Part shown: positions 21,162 to 34,600 of the stretch, piece by piece
How positions within the stretch are numbered: the first letter of the stretch is position 1
Layout: the number at the start of each line of letters is the position of its first letter
Assembly: GCA_004431415.1 (NCBI GenBank)
Contig: QPMI01000160.1
Coordinates: 1 to 64,000, forward strand
DNA: 64,000 nucleotides
From: Cyanophora paradoxa CCMP329
Lineage: Eukaryota; Plantae; Glaucophyta
Direction: 5' to 3'
The notes under the pieces: generated by a model
Database searches by the model: none
Told to the model about the DNA's origin: nothing
The model's input: the letters and a program-made list of their open reading frames with translations, nothing else
Position numbers and translations under genes: made by a program

Positions 21162-24100
21162 CACAGCTCGCGAAAAAAAGTCGGTCCCCGCAATTCGACT
21201 TGGCTGGGACTCGACTTGGGACTCGAATAATTCTGGCCTACAAAAGTTTAAACACCCGGGGTAGACGTACTCGACTCGGCGAAGCGCGCGACCAGCACGC
21301 GCGGCAGCTCCCGCGCGCAGCAGAGAGCGCCGCAGCTAGCCTCCTGGTCGCATATGGAGCAGGAACGGGTGCTTTCGGGCACTGCCGCGACGAAAAGTAG
21401 CCCTACGATCGCCTTCAAGGAAAGCGTGCGCGAAAACGAGCCCGACGATTTCCAAAGCGCTTCCGCCAAAGTTTAGACATTCAAGCGAGCTATCTCTGTG
21501 CTTGATGGCAGCCCGAAATCTGGCAGCGTCGCTGAAAGACTGACAAGTTCGTGCAGGGCCCCCCATCGGAGAAGGTGTCCGGGACCGAGCGCGGGCGACC
21601 TCTAGAAGCTCCAATTCGTCTCACAACAAGCTTCTAATGCGCTAGGTGTGATCGTTCTCGCATCTGGGCTAGCCCCCCAACCGCGCGCGCTGACTATTGA
21701 TCATGACCGCAGCCCGCGGCCGGACGAGCTCAAGAGCCGGTTCGCCAAGATGGCGCCGGATCGCTCATAGCTAAGCTATACATCACGAATAGGTGCGTGG
21801 CGAAGCATCACGCCGCCGCGCCCGCGAGCTCCGCCCTAATCGGATCCGGATCCGCCTCTCGCAGGCCCCGAGGCGTGGAGACATCTTTCGCCGCCTCCAA
21901 GGTCGCGCACCGCTCGCTCGAATGCCGTGGGCTCCGCTCTGGCTCGGCTTCGTGTCCTGCCGCGCCTCAGGCAGATGCGCGCTCGTGTGCAATCAAGCAT
22001 GTCATGCGGTTCCAGATGGCATGGCTGCGACGGCGGGGCGGTGCGGGCTGAGATGTCTAGGGCCATGAGGGACATCTAGAGCACGCGCAGAGCATTCGTG
22101 CGGGCGGCGGCACGCACCCCCGCCGCCAGCGGCACCTGCTCCAGTGGGGGGGTGGCACCTGGCAGATTCGATTTCGCTGCTTACTGCGAGGGCTGCCGGG
22201 CCGACGCTAACGCAGATCGATGCACAATTTAAAAGAGCATGCGCAGCTGGAGCGCGGCCCCGCCTGCTTCGCCTGCTTCCGCAGCGGAGATCGCCTGCTT
22301 CTCCAGAAGGCTTGGGGTGGGGGCACCTGCGCGATTTGATTTCGCTCCACACGGCAAGGGTTCGCTGGGTCGCCGCTAGCGCAGATCGATGCACACCTTG
22401 ATAGAGCATGTGCGTATGCATCGCGGCCCGGAGGGGTGCATCCTTAGCGGAGATCGCTTGATCACAGTCAGTGAGCTAGTGAGAGCTAGTGAGTTTCTGG
22501 GCAACGGGCTGGCCCCAGCGGCCCGCTCTTTGAGCCACAATCATTATCACATGTATTTATATCACTGCTCCAAGATACAGGGTGATCCGAAGTGTTTTTG
22601 GGCCTCACCGGTGTTTCGAGCTTTACTCGTAGGACCCTCTCTGGAACTTTTCAGTTTTCAAGTTTCAAGATGCCACCCCGACCTGCTCATGATGCCTTAT
22701 TGAAGCATCGACTCACTCAGTAGTGGCGATTTCACGCCCCCGGGGGTTTTCGAGGGTGCTGAAGACGGTGGTGGTGGTACCGAAGGCCGCCGATTAAAGC
22801 CTGGACCGGCATTCAAGATCCGCTGCAATCTGCGGCCCCACCTGGCCCCAGGACGATTCTCGCCCGCCCGGTCGCATCTAGCGCCTGGGACGCGAGATAT
22901 ACATCATTTAGATGCATTAACAGCTTCATACATGCTTAACAAAGCGCTCGCCGGCCCAGACGGCGCAGGCGGGGCGCCGGCGGGTTTCTCGAGAATTACG
23001 AACTCACTATCAAGATCTCAGAACGCTGGCGAGCTACTGGCGCTCTACCGTCGGAGCGTTGAACAGAGAGAGCAGGCGGGACGGAGAGGCCCTGAGAAGA
23101 AGGCGCCCCGGCGCCGCCCGCGGCCCCTGCTCGCGCCCCGAGACCCGCCGCCGCGCATCGGCCTGGCCTCCGCCGCCCGCCAGGGCCCGCCCCGCCGCCC
23201 CGAAGCCGCAGGCCTGCGCCCCGTCGTCCGCAGCGCCCCGGCGCCGCCCGCGGCCCCTGCTCGCGCCCCGAGACCCGCCGCCGCGCGTCGGCCTGGCCTC
23301 CGCCGCCCGCCGGGGCCCGCCCCGCCGCCCCGAAGCCGCAGGCCTGCGCCCCGTCGTCCGCAGCGCCCCGGCGTCGCCCGCGGCCCCTGCTCGCGCACCG
23401 AGACCCGCCGCCGCGCGTCGGCCTGGCCTCCGCCGCCCGCCAGGGCCCGCCCCGCCGCCCCCGAAGCCGCAGGCCTGCGCCCCGTCGTCCGCAGCGCCCC
23501 GGCGCCGCCCGCGGCCCCTGCTCGCGCCCCGAGACCCGCCGCCGCGCGTCGGCCTGGCCTCCGCCGCCCGCCGGGGCCCGCCCCGCCGCCCCCGAAGCCG
23601 CAGGCCTGCGCCCCGTCGTCCGCAGCGCCCCGGCGTCGCCCGCGGCCCCTGCTCGCGCACCGAGACCCGCCGCCGCGCGTCGGCCTGGCCTCCGCCGCCC
23701 GCCGGGGCCCGCCCCGCCGCCCCGAAGCCGCAGGCCTGCGCCCCGTCGTCCGCAGCGCCCCGGCGTCGCCCGCGGCCCCTGCTCGCGCACCGAGACCCGC
23801 CGCCGCGCGTCGGCCTGGCCTCCGCCGCCCGCTGTGGCCCGCCCCGCCGCTCCCGAAGCCGCAGGCCTGTGCCCCGGCGTCAGCTGCGCCCCGGCGTCGC
23901 CCGCGGCCCCTGCTCGCGCACGTGCACCGAGACCCGCCGCCGCGCGTCGGCCTGGCCTACGCCGCCCGCCAGGGCTCGTCCCGTCGCGCCCGAAGCCGCA
24001 GGCCTGCGCACAATCGTCCGCAGCGCCCCGGCGTTGCCCGTGTCCGTCGCGCCCTGCTCGAGCACCGAGACACGCCGCCACGCGTCGGCCCCGGCTCGGA

Positions 24101-24658
24101 CGCGCGGACCGCAGATCTAGAGCCGCATGGTGGCTACTACAGGTGCATGCAGTGGCTACTACGGGAGTGTCAGCCTGCGTGTTTGTCAGCGACAGGCGCG
24201 CAACGGGCCCGGGCGCAGGGCGTTATCCGGGACCGCACCACGCACTTCGCACCACGAGCGCACCACGAGCCGTAGCTGATCATGCATATGAGTGCGTCGT
24301 GCTCGCTGCAGCTGCGGGCGTCGTGCGTCGGCCGCTCTGCGGCAGAACAGTACGCCCGGACGCATCCAAACTATACTGCCTGGCTGTCTTCGATCCTCGG
24401 GCCTACGCAATGCTGATGTGGGCGCTGGTGTCAGGAGGCGTGCTGTGTGTTGAACTTCTCCTCTCTGCCAGCGACCGGCATTTCTCCTCGATCTCGTTAA
24501 AACTACTGATAGAAAGAAATAAGCTCTATAAGAATGCATATATATGCCATATATGAAAAGGTTTAATTGACTGGCGTAGGGATTTTCCAAGTCGACTTGC
24601 CCCCCCCCCCTGTCATACAAACCGAGTTGTGGGGACCGACTTTTTTTCGCGAGCTGTG
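21162..24658. mobile_element. CACTA/CMC-like DNA transposon, apparently non-autonomous, 3.5 kb
   Basis: TIRs cacagctcgcgaaaaaaagtcggtcccc(g)caa / ttg(t)ggggaccgactttttttcgcgagctgtg, CAC...GTG termini, and a 3-bp TSD CAT on both sides. No transposase recognised inside. Confidence 0.85.
23103..24070. repeat. Extremely GC-rich tandem repeat, 130-131-bp unit, about 7 copies
   Basis: Unit starts gcgccccggcg at 23103, 23233, 23363, 23494, 23625, 23755, 23886 and 24023. Confidence 0.95.
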
Positions 24659-24676
24659 CATATATAAGTGTTAATA

Positions 24677-24890
24677 CTGTAGGACGGCTTTTTTAGCCGT
24701 CGTTTTATTTTGCCGTAAATTGCCGAGAGGCCGAATTCGGCAATTTGAAGGGACGGCAATGTTGCTGGGGTAGAGAGTTTCCAAGGTCCCCATAAAGCGA
24801 ATGTCTGGATTCGGCAATTTATCACCACGGCAATTCCGGTTTGGGCGAATTCGGCAATTTTTCACCACGGCAATTTAAGCCGTCCTACAG
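24677..24890. mobile_element. 214-bp MITE with TA target duplication
   Basis: TA|ctgtaggacggctt ... aagccgtcctacag|TA, with internal repeats of attcggcaattt. Confidence 0.8.
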
Positions 24891-25245
24891 TACTATGTTA
24901 TACGGTAATAACGGTATGCATGATCCGGATCTGGAACGGACGAGATTCGAAGGCGTCTCCGAAGGCCAATTGTTGAGTCCCCAAACTTTTTTCAACTCAA
25001 AGAAAGTAAAAAGAAACGCTCACTAGTATGCTTTTTATAATCATTTTATAAACTTGACATAAAGTGTATGATTTAGAGACCCGCCCACGGCCCACAGGTG
25101 GCGCCGCCGCGCCGGCCGCCGCCGCCGGCCCGGCCGCCCGGCCGCGGCGGCGGCGCGGCGGCGCGGCGCGGCGGCGGCGGCGCCGGTCGGGCGGCTCGGG
25201 CCGGGTCGGCGGCGACTCGGCGCCGACTCGGCGGCCCATCATGCT

Positions 25246-25405
25246 GCAAGCTCCCGCCGGGCCGGCGCGGGGTCCCGGACTCCCGGCAGCGCATCCGCAG
25301 TGACCAGTGGCCAGTGCTGATTCATGCACTGCGGCAAGCTCCCGCCGGGCCGGCGCGGGGTCCCGGACTCCCGGCAGCGCATCCGCAGTGACCAGTGGCC
25401 AGTGC
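25246..25405. repeat. 72-bp direct repeat pair in a palindrome-rich GC tract
   Basis: gcaagctcccgccgggcc...ccagtggccagtgc at 25246-25317 and 25334-25405. Confidence 0.9.
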
Positions 25406-26515
25406 CACTGGCCACTGGCCAGTGCACACGTGGGCAGTGGGCACAGTGGGGCCGCACTAGTACTGGCCATGGGCCATGGCCCATGGGCATTGGGCACAGA
25501 CTCCCGCACAGTGGGCACTGGGCAGGCGGTGCATGCCACGGTGCCACTGTGCCAGGCACTGACTGGGCCCGGTGGGCCGGCCCGGCCGCGGCCCCGGCGG
25601 GTGGGCCCTGGCCCCTGCAGCCTGCAGGCTGCAGCTGGCGCCGGCTGGCGCAGCCTGCAGCTGGCGGCCCAGTGGGCAACGGACGTCGACGTGCACGTGG
25701 CTGCGTGGGTGACGGTGGCTCCCACTGGGTCGTGGGACTCGTGCGGCGAGTCGTGCCACGGTGCCCGGCCATGTCCGACGGTCTCGTGGCCCGTGGGCCG
25801 TGCCGCCGTGGCCGGTGGCCATGGCCCCGGGCCCATGGCCCATGGGCCGTGGCCCCGGGGCCCGGGCCCGTGCCACCCCGTGGGCGCGATTCCGCCGCGC
25901 GAAGCCTTGAACAGGCTTTCGCGGATCCGGAGGTCGCGTGCACACAGCCAGGCAAATCGACATCGGTATTTCTTCCGCACGCGCGCGGCAGCCGGCGTGC
26001 ACTGCCCCTCAGATTTAGAGAAGCTGCCCCTGCCCCTCAGATTTAGAGAAGCTGCAGCCTGCAGTGCCTGCGCATGCATGCGCAGCTGCAGCTGCAGTGC
26101 GATCCCTGACGCGGAGTCCCTTAAGCTTGATCCGCTGCACTGCGGCAGATGATCATGATCATACTTGAGGTATATACTATAGCTATTTGTATGTAGCGAT
26201 GATATTCTGGAAAGAGTCCAAGCCGGAGATCGAGTTCGTTCAAATTCAGCCTTACGTGTTTACGTGCTCGTCCATGGCCAGCTAGCGCTGCAGCGCGTAC
26301 GTATTGTAGCGTATACGCGTGCTCAAGCTCAGAATGGTGCCAAGCGACGTGGAGCGCTGCGCACGAACGCGCACGGAACGAACGGGGAGCTCGAGCCGTC
26401 CATCATCGGCGGATAGCACGGAGAGCGCCGGCTTGGCGCGCCTACGTTCGCGTGCCGGGCATGCCTTCGCTCGCCGGCCGAGCTCGAGCGCTGCCAACAC
26501 TGGGCTGCAATCCAT

Positions 26516-28618
26516 ATGTGCAGCAGCAGCTGTGCATGCGCCGAGGTCGGCGTCGACTTTGCGAGGCGGATCTTGGAAACCCCCACGGGTCGAGAGGCTT
26601 TTCCCGAAGGTCGGCGCATCGCTCTCTCGATTTCACTTCGATATTCGGGCCGATTCGCCTCGCGTGTCCAGAGCGCCAGCCGCCCTCGCCTTGAGTTCCT
26701 GGCGTCAACGATGGCTGCGGCTGCGGCTGGCCGTAGCCAGGCCCGTAGGGGCTCGGTCGCGAGCTCCAGTCCTTCACGATCGCCCCGTTCTGGCCATGGG
26801 AGCGTGCGATCGGACAGCCTCGTCTCTGGAACCCTTCGTTTCCCCATGTCCATGCATATGGCCAGCGGTAGCGCCGCCATCGATTCGTTTGAAGTGAATC
26901 AAGAGACGCGTACGTCGACAGATGCGCCCATCGGTCCACCGGTTGTGTTCCGATCAGAGCCGAAGGCCGCACGCTCAGGCTCCACCAGCCCATCGCCGGC
27001 TGCAGCTACCGCGACCCCCGAACAGCTGTGGACGCCCATGGCCTCGCCATCCGGCCTCCCGGCTGCGGCCGCAGCCTCCTTTCTTTCGCCGCTGCATGTT
27101 CGTCTGCTGAACGGCGATTCGAATTCCTCTCTCTTCACGTCGAGCGCGCTTGGCACGGGTGCCACGGGCGCGTCGCACTCGTTCTGGGCTGCCGCCGTTC
27201 GCCTGCACATACGCGGGCTCTCATCGGCCGCAGAGCGATTCCTCAGCAAGTATGCCTCCTTTTCTAAATTCAATTTACCGGCCATCGGCCTCTCGTTAAA
27301 TTTAAATAACATTTTCGTAATCGTAGGATGGCGATGGAGTCTCTAACAGAGGTCCGGGAGCGGGGCCCGCGGTTACTGGGCGCGGATTTCAGTGCCTTCT
27401 TCTCTCGCATCTTCCATTTAACGAGGAAGCACGGAGGTCTGCCCGGGTTCCTTCCGATACTTCACCTATATCGATATCTCGCTTTGTCTAACTCTGATTT
27501 GCCTTCATTGATAGGCGAAGTCCATCACCTCTATGGTACGCTCGATGTTTATCTGGAGGGAATTTTTGAACCGCCCCCGCTGCTAGAATCAAACTGGCCA
27601 TGGAGCTCGGGCTCGGGTTCTAACTTCCTTCGAATTCCGCATACATATATATACGTAGCGCGCTCACTTTGCATGCGCATGTCCAGGTAACACGATGTTG
27701 ATCTTCGTTCATGCTAGCAAGGATTCGGAGCTTGCAAGTGCGGCCCGATCTGCAATGAGCATTGCCGCTGAGGTAGTCAGAGAGTTCGAATGCGAATTTC
27801 AGCATGGCGACCAATTTTCCACCTCTTCTCTTCGCGGGAGCTCAAGTTTACGTCAGATGTCAAGAACTTCTGCACAGAATCAGCAGTCAAGGCGTCAGTC
27901 TGCGTCGACGTCGACCGCCGCCGCCAAACTGCAGCTTCGAGTGGATGCATCCATTTCAGCCGGATGCTTCTCGGTCGCTGCACTCTCTGATTCGAATGTC
28001 GAGCTCGAGGGTAGCATGATTGCTGTCTTTGGAGAGCCACTTGACAGGCTAGTTCGGGCCAGCAGTTTTGTGAAACCGTGGCAAATATGTGTTGCTCCCG
28101 AGGTTCGCCACTTACTCGATTGCAAATGTTACTCATGCGTGGCCGCGGCCCCTGTATACGTATGTCTGTCTACGTGTACTTGACAATTCGCCACCAGGTA
28201 ACACGGCTCCTGTCAGCTGCCGTCTTTGACGTCGGCGTGCAGCTCAGCTGCCGCAATGCCGGCCACGTGCGTATATGTACATGTGCTCTTATTTCGTAAT
28301 CACCTGATTGACTCTCGATCGGTACCAGTTCTCTGTTTACGAGGTCGACGCGAGTGCACCTGCGAGCTCGCGTGAGACAGAAGACCGGATCCGGAGCTGG
28401 GAAGAGCTGATCCAAGGCTCGCGATCGAGCTCCAGCCCAGCATCGCCTGTTGAGCGCACAGCCCAGAGCGACAGAGAATGCAAGCGGGGATCCGGAAGCG
28501 CTGGACCCTCCCGCACGAAGAGAAGCAAGGCCTTTTTCGAGGGCGTCTTGCGCCGCGCAGGCAGGCTCATAGAGTCGCTCCGGCGCTCGCGATCGCCTAC
28601 TGTCGCATCAGAATATAA

Positions 28619-28657
<39 letters not shown>

Positions 28658-31600
28658 GCAGGTGTCGCCAGTGGCGCAGCCCCAATCGGCCCGCAATCTT
28701 CCGGTCACAACACCCGATCGCGACTTTGAGCTCGATCGCGACATCTACATGCATGTGTTGCCGGAAGATTTGCGGATCAGCATCGAAAGCGAAGCCTGGT
28801 GCTTCCGCGGCCGTCCCCTCTAGATCTATATCTAGATCTGTGAACGTAACTTCCAAACCATGGCCATATTTAATAAATTTAGCCATATATATATGGACCG
28901 ATTGATCTATCTTTATGTGTCGTACGCGTGTTTGTGCCGTCTTTGCTGCAGCTTACGTCTCTCCCCGCCGGTACACTTCGTCCTCCAAGCCCGGAGAGCG
29001 AGATTCGCAGCGTTGTGTGTGCTTGCGTAAAGATAGACACTGCGAACGTTCCGGCCGCGGCTTTGAGTTCGTCGATTGACACGGGAAGCCGACCGCGAAG
29101 TGCTGCCGATGGCCAACAGGTCTCTTCTACCGTGGGAGCTGGGACGTCGACGGCAAGCATCCCTTTCTCTGCACCTGTGAAGCGGTTGAACTGAGGCTGG
29201 CTTTGCGTTTCGCGTAGGACAAGATCCAGATGCTTCAAAGGGGCTTCCAATTAGTCAAATCCGCCGTAATTGGAGGAATTTTGAGAGACATTTCTTTTGA
29301 CATCGACAGCGTTTCCGTGAGTCTCGATTTGCATTCCGCATACGTCGCCATTTGCGCGCGATGTTTTTATTAATTGTTCTCAATTGAACAGATATTTATC
29401 ACGGTGCACTCTTGCGCGCTTCAAAAATTATTGCTGGCTTTTTGTAACGTTTTCGCAAACCTCTTCGTAGTGGGGCGCAACAGGCGTGCCTCGTCCCGAG
29501 AGCGCTTTTCGCGCTGTGTCGGCTGCGCTGCACATACGCTCGAGATTCCACGATGAAGGTCTCGGGCCCGTGTCCGTCGGGGTGGCGTCTGGCCCGTGCG
29601 CTACCTTGGTCCTGTGTGTCCCATGGGTTCTTGGAGTTAATGGCATCCGGACTGCAGGGTGTTCACCGGCGTTGTCGGAGATGAGCCGTCGCGGCGATCG
29701 CTCTTCCTCTGCGTCGGACGCGCTGTCTCCTGCGCATTTCGGTCCGCCGTCCATTCTATGCGTGCACATATATTAAGATCGTCACCGGTTTTTGAAGGAC
29801 ACGCTTGATCATGAGCAGGCTGATGAATGCGGCCGCTGGCTCAATCCTCGTGGATTCGTCCATCTACAAAACGGTTGCAGAGGACTTCGTCATCGAGCCG
29901 ACGACGTTTCCGAGATCCTCCCGCGGACCTGTACATGTAGATCCAGAGGTATCCTTCACAATTCCGAAGTAATTATATATAAATTGCAAGGCGCTACATG
30001 CCCTACTGATCGCGACCGTCCCTCATGATCAGGATCTGGCCGCTTCCTCGAGCTCGAGTTCTAAAAGATCGCAGTGTTATCGGGTGCTCTCGGCGCCACG
30101 GCAGGCGCGGGAGAAGCTTGCTGCCGTGGGCCGCTCGAGCTCGCATACACAGCGGAGATTGGAATCGGCGCGGTCGATGCAAACGGAGGTATTTGACATG
30201 CACACGTGCATGGAAGCCGATATGAGTGAGAGCGGCGGACCAAGCTTCAGCGGAGGGCTTTCTCTCGAGGAGGCAACAAGAGAGCTCTCGGCGGCCGCCG
30301 AGTCGGGCGACAGCCTTCTCTACGGCCGGCGAGAGGTCAAGTCTCAGTTGGTCGAGCTGCTGGCGACCGTCCGCTGCGGCGAGCACCTGCAGAATGCTAG
30401 CGGTGCCGGACCCGCGAAGGGCCACACGCTACTCGTCGTGGGTGACCACGGCTCCGGCAAGAGCACTCTCGGTGCGCGCATATTCGCATACAATGCATAT
30501 GTAATTTAAAACGTGAAAATTCGAATTCATCGGGAGTCCTGACCTTGCCATTGGTTGAAATTCGTGTCGCGGTCGCACTCAGTGGCCGAGGCGGAGCGTC
30601 TCTGCGAGATCGTGCACCTCCCGTTCCTCAGCCTGCAGCCAAACCCCAAGGAGGTGAGCGCAGCACTGGCGATTCGCGATCAGTGACGTCGCCTACTAGT
30701 CGCGACCGTGATTAATAATTATTATATCGAAGCTGATTTGGATTTTGCTTTCATGAAAACCCACAATGCGCCCGCAGATGTGCCCATACGAAGCTGTGCG
30801 TCGCCTACTGCGGAGCGTCATGCTATCGGATCAGCTCAAGAGCCCATTGGCCGTCGGCGATACGCGGCCAGAGAGCGTTGCCACAGGGGCATACGCATCC
30901 GTTGCCGTGGAAAGAGACGGGCTTGAAACGAGCGCCAGCCGCGGCTCCAATGGCATCGATGTGGGCGAGCGGCGGCACGTTTCGGCGGCTCTGGGGGCCT
31001 GGCTCCAGTCCGCCGCCACGCAGCCCGCGTCGCCGCCAGAGCCAGCAAAATCAGGACTCGCGCGGGCGTCGACGTCGATATCCCCGAGCAGGTCCGGGCG
31101 CAACAGCTGCAGCCCTCGGGTGTCGATAGAACTCCGCGCCGGCGCCTTGCGGGGACGGAGTGCGAGCCCCAATTCAAGAAGCCAATTGCAACGGCCAAGG
31201 TCAGAACACGAAGTCCCGGAGCTGAAATCTTTTGGATCTCTGTACGATCGCGGCCGCTCTTCATTCGACTCGAGATCCGGGGCTGATCGCGACCAGCCCA
31301 CTTATGCGAGTTCGCCGAGGAGCAGCGGACCCCCGCGGCTCTTTATTGAGGCCCTTTCCTTCCTCAAGAAAGTGGACACGCAACTGGCGACAACCTACAA
31401 CGCCCAGGTCCGGCCAACATGCCTTATAATGATCAAAAGCTAGGCGGCGAAAATGTGTGCTCTAAGTATAACACACGCTTGTGCACGCCCCGCAGGTAAT
31501 AATGCGGCTCCTGAGCGAAGGCGTGTTCTTCCCGTCCACAACGGCGGCTGAGAGCTTGCGGGAAAGCCCAGAACGCTCGCGCTCGCCGGCCTCCCGCGGC

Positions 31601-34600
31601 CGTAGCTTTAGCCGGTCTCGGCGCTCGCAAAGCTCTCGCAGTGGCGACGCGCTTTCCTTCGATAGCCTCGTCGATTTCCAACTGGGGCCCGCCTCAGAGG
31701 GGTACCGCGTCTTTGCCTTCCTGTGCCAGCTCCTCGAGGTACGTCTTGCGCGGCTGCTTTCATTGTTTCAGTCGATTTCTAGGATCGACATCATGGAGCT
31801 TCGAATTCTCGTCCCTAACGCCCCGTCCGGTCCCGCGTCAACGTTGCAGGCAGTTGCGCGAAGCACAGGGGCGCTCATCGTGATCGATGACTTCTGCGAC
31901 CTCGACGCCGCCTCTCAGAAGTGCCTCGCCTTCGTCGCCCAGACAGGGTCAGCGCCGCCGCTTTACTTTGCTTTCTGCTATTTCGCGATCGGCTCTACAT
32001 ATGCGTCTCGCTGGCACTGACCGTGAGCGCGCCGAGCAGGCGGGTATGCGTCCTGGCAACGTCGCGGAAAGTGCTGCCGAACACCGTTTCTGTCGAATTC
32101 AACATGATGCAGCACAGCCGGCATGTGCGACATGCCGAATTAGGCCCTTGGCAATCTCTCGGTAAGCGTTTCATCCGTCTTTGGCCGCCATAGATATCGC
32201 GGTCGCGCGCAGCATCCGATGCCGTTGCTCCGCAGACGACGTAACGGGCTTCGTGAGTTTCGTGCTGCGTATCAAAGAGGAGAACCTCTCTCGGCCGCTG
32301 GCCAAGGCGCTCGCGGAGCGCACCGGGGGGGTGCCGCGCCTGCTCCACGCGCACGTTGTGCACCTCGCCAAGTCGGGCCTCATCGAGCTCGACAACGGGC
32401 GCGCACTGGCATCCGCCGCGATGCTCGGGGGCCCCGAAACGGAGTCGTCCCTCGCCTCTGGCTCGACCACCCCGCGCCATTCCGTCGACATCGGCGTCCT
32501 TCCGGCCGCTGCCGCAGTGGCCAGGGGTCTGTTCAAACTCGACGAAGGGGCGGGGGCACTTGCAACTGCGAGCGGTCGTCCCGTCGGGCGCGAAGATCTG
32601 GAAGCCCTCAGGCCCGCTTCGCCAGCTGCAGCGATGCAAGGCGAGGTCGCAAAGCGCCCGTCGAGTTTGCGCCTCATCTCAGACAAGGTCGACGATGGCA
32701 TGGACTTCCGCTTGCGACAGCCCGGCGTTGACATCATCACGATCAACCCCAGTTCTAGGACCCGAGCTCGCGATCGAGCGCCCCGAATGCAATTCCCCAC
32801 TCCCGAGAGGCGCGCCCGCAGTCGCCCACCGTACCTCACCCCGAGAACTAAGATCAAGCTCGCGAGGTGACTTCGACGCCGACTGACGCGCGCGCGTGCA
32901 GCCTCCTCCCGATCTCGATCCTGGGCCGGCTCGAGCGGATTCCGACCGTCGCGACCACTGTCCTTAAGCTGGCCTCCGTCCTGGGGCCGCGATTCGAGTC
33001 CGGCCTTGCACAGTACGCCATCGACGGCGTTGCCGAGTGGAGCTCTATCGTCGACTGCCTCACGGTGGGCCGGGATCCGAAATATATCGATTGTGTCGCA
33101 GCGCTAGCCTCGAGCTCGGCTTCGAATTCTCAATCGCATGCCACAGGTGCTGGAGCGACACGGGGTCCTCGACCGCAGGCAGACTGCGACCAGCGGCCTT
33201 TTCGAGTACGGTGCGCCCGCTGGCCATGGGTGCACGTGCCACGTCCGCGGTAGAACCTGATCGCTGACACCGGTCGTTCGATTCGGCCAGTTTTCGCCGA
33301 TCCCGCCCACGGTCCGCGGCCGCATGCAACCCGCCCCCTCAATATTGAACGTAACTCCGGATCCGGACCCCCGCGCGCAGTGGACGTGCTGCGGAAGACG
33401 GTCGACGAGTCCGACGCGGCGCTCGTCGCCTGGCGCGCCGCCGAGTACCTTTGCCGCACTTCCCAGAACCGCAACAAGGGCGCCGCCTCTCTGGTCCGGA
33501 TCGCCCCCCGCTTCCGTAGCCGAGCGCGGGGAAGCGTAGGCTGACGGGTTGTTGTATCAGGTTGCGGGGTACTACACAGCGGCGGGGGCGGGGACGCTTG
33601 CGGAGCCCTACTGGGAGATTGCGGCGGAGGCCGAGCTCGAGGCTGGCCGCCCGGCGGAGGCCCTCGCGATCCTGACCGCGGAGCGCGCCGGGGCTCCGCC
33701 CGCGCTCGCGATCGCCCTCCGGCCGCCGGGCGGCTCCCTCGCGAGCGCGGCGAGCGCGACGCGGGCGGGCGGCGAGGCTCTCGGCGGGGCGCGGCGGCTC
33801 GAGCTGCGCTCCCGCGCCCTCTTTAGCCTAGGCCGCCTTGCCGAGGCCCTCGAGGCGCGTGCTCACGTGTTTCTGGCGCCGGCGCCGCAAAATGTTTCCG
33901 CCGCTGACGCCCCGCACCAGGCCGTCCAGGCCTGTCTGCAGGAGCTGGGGGTCCGAATCGAGGGGAGGCGGCCTCTCGCCCTCCCCGTCCTCCTTGCCGC
34001 CCTCTCCTCCGGTCGCGAGGCCAAGCGGGGAACTCGAAGAGAAGGCCAGGAGGGCGCGCCGCCTGCAGCTGCGGCCAACTCGAGCTCGCTGCAGGACGCC
34101 GTGCAGCGAGCGACGGGGGCGCACCCCGAGCAGCGCCGCGGCGACGTGCTCGTCGCTGCCCTCGGTGAGCGGATTCAACCTTCGGATTCGAAGCCAACGA
34201 CGCTTTATTTGATGCATCGCAATTGCACGCTGAAACAATTGATTGATCCTGCAGGGACCTACACCTCGATCCTCGCCCACTGCGGGGACGCCGCATCGGC
34301 AGCCGAGTCCGGTGCGCCCCCGGCCCGCCCGCCCCGCCCGCAAACTTTTCAGGGATTCCGCCCGTGCCGACCCGCGTCGGCTGCAGCACTCGCGATGGTG
34401 CGGCTGGCGCGGCGGCGGAGCCCTCCCGCGGAGCGCGTCGACGCCCTCGCGATTGCCGCGTCCGCCTTCGTCGTGCGTACCGCCGGGCCGCCACTTTCGC
34501 CACATTTACATTGCATGCGTGACTCCACGCTACCGCCGCTGCTGATTTCGATCATGGCGCGCGTGCAGCGTGCGCGCTACAGGCTGCGGACGACGGCGGC

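Larger units (their letters stand above)
20892..24905. mobile_element. TA-flanked MITE (Tc1/mariner/pogo-type, about 300 bp net) with its right TIR split by later insertions
   Basis: Left end TA|ccgtgtaacacttaaatatgacg. The right end is reassembled as cgtcat [insert] atataagtgtta .. tacgg|TA. Internal inverted caaattatgtc/gacataatttg motifs. Confidence 0.6.

Noticed and set aside
24997-26152. Long overlapping ORFs in several frames
   Set aside because: Stop-poor GC-rich palindromic low-complexity DNA with no protein motif. The same applies to most antisense ORFs between 30 and 58 kb.
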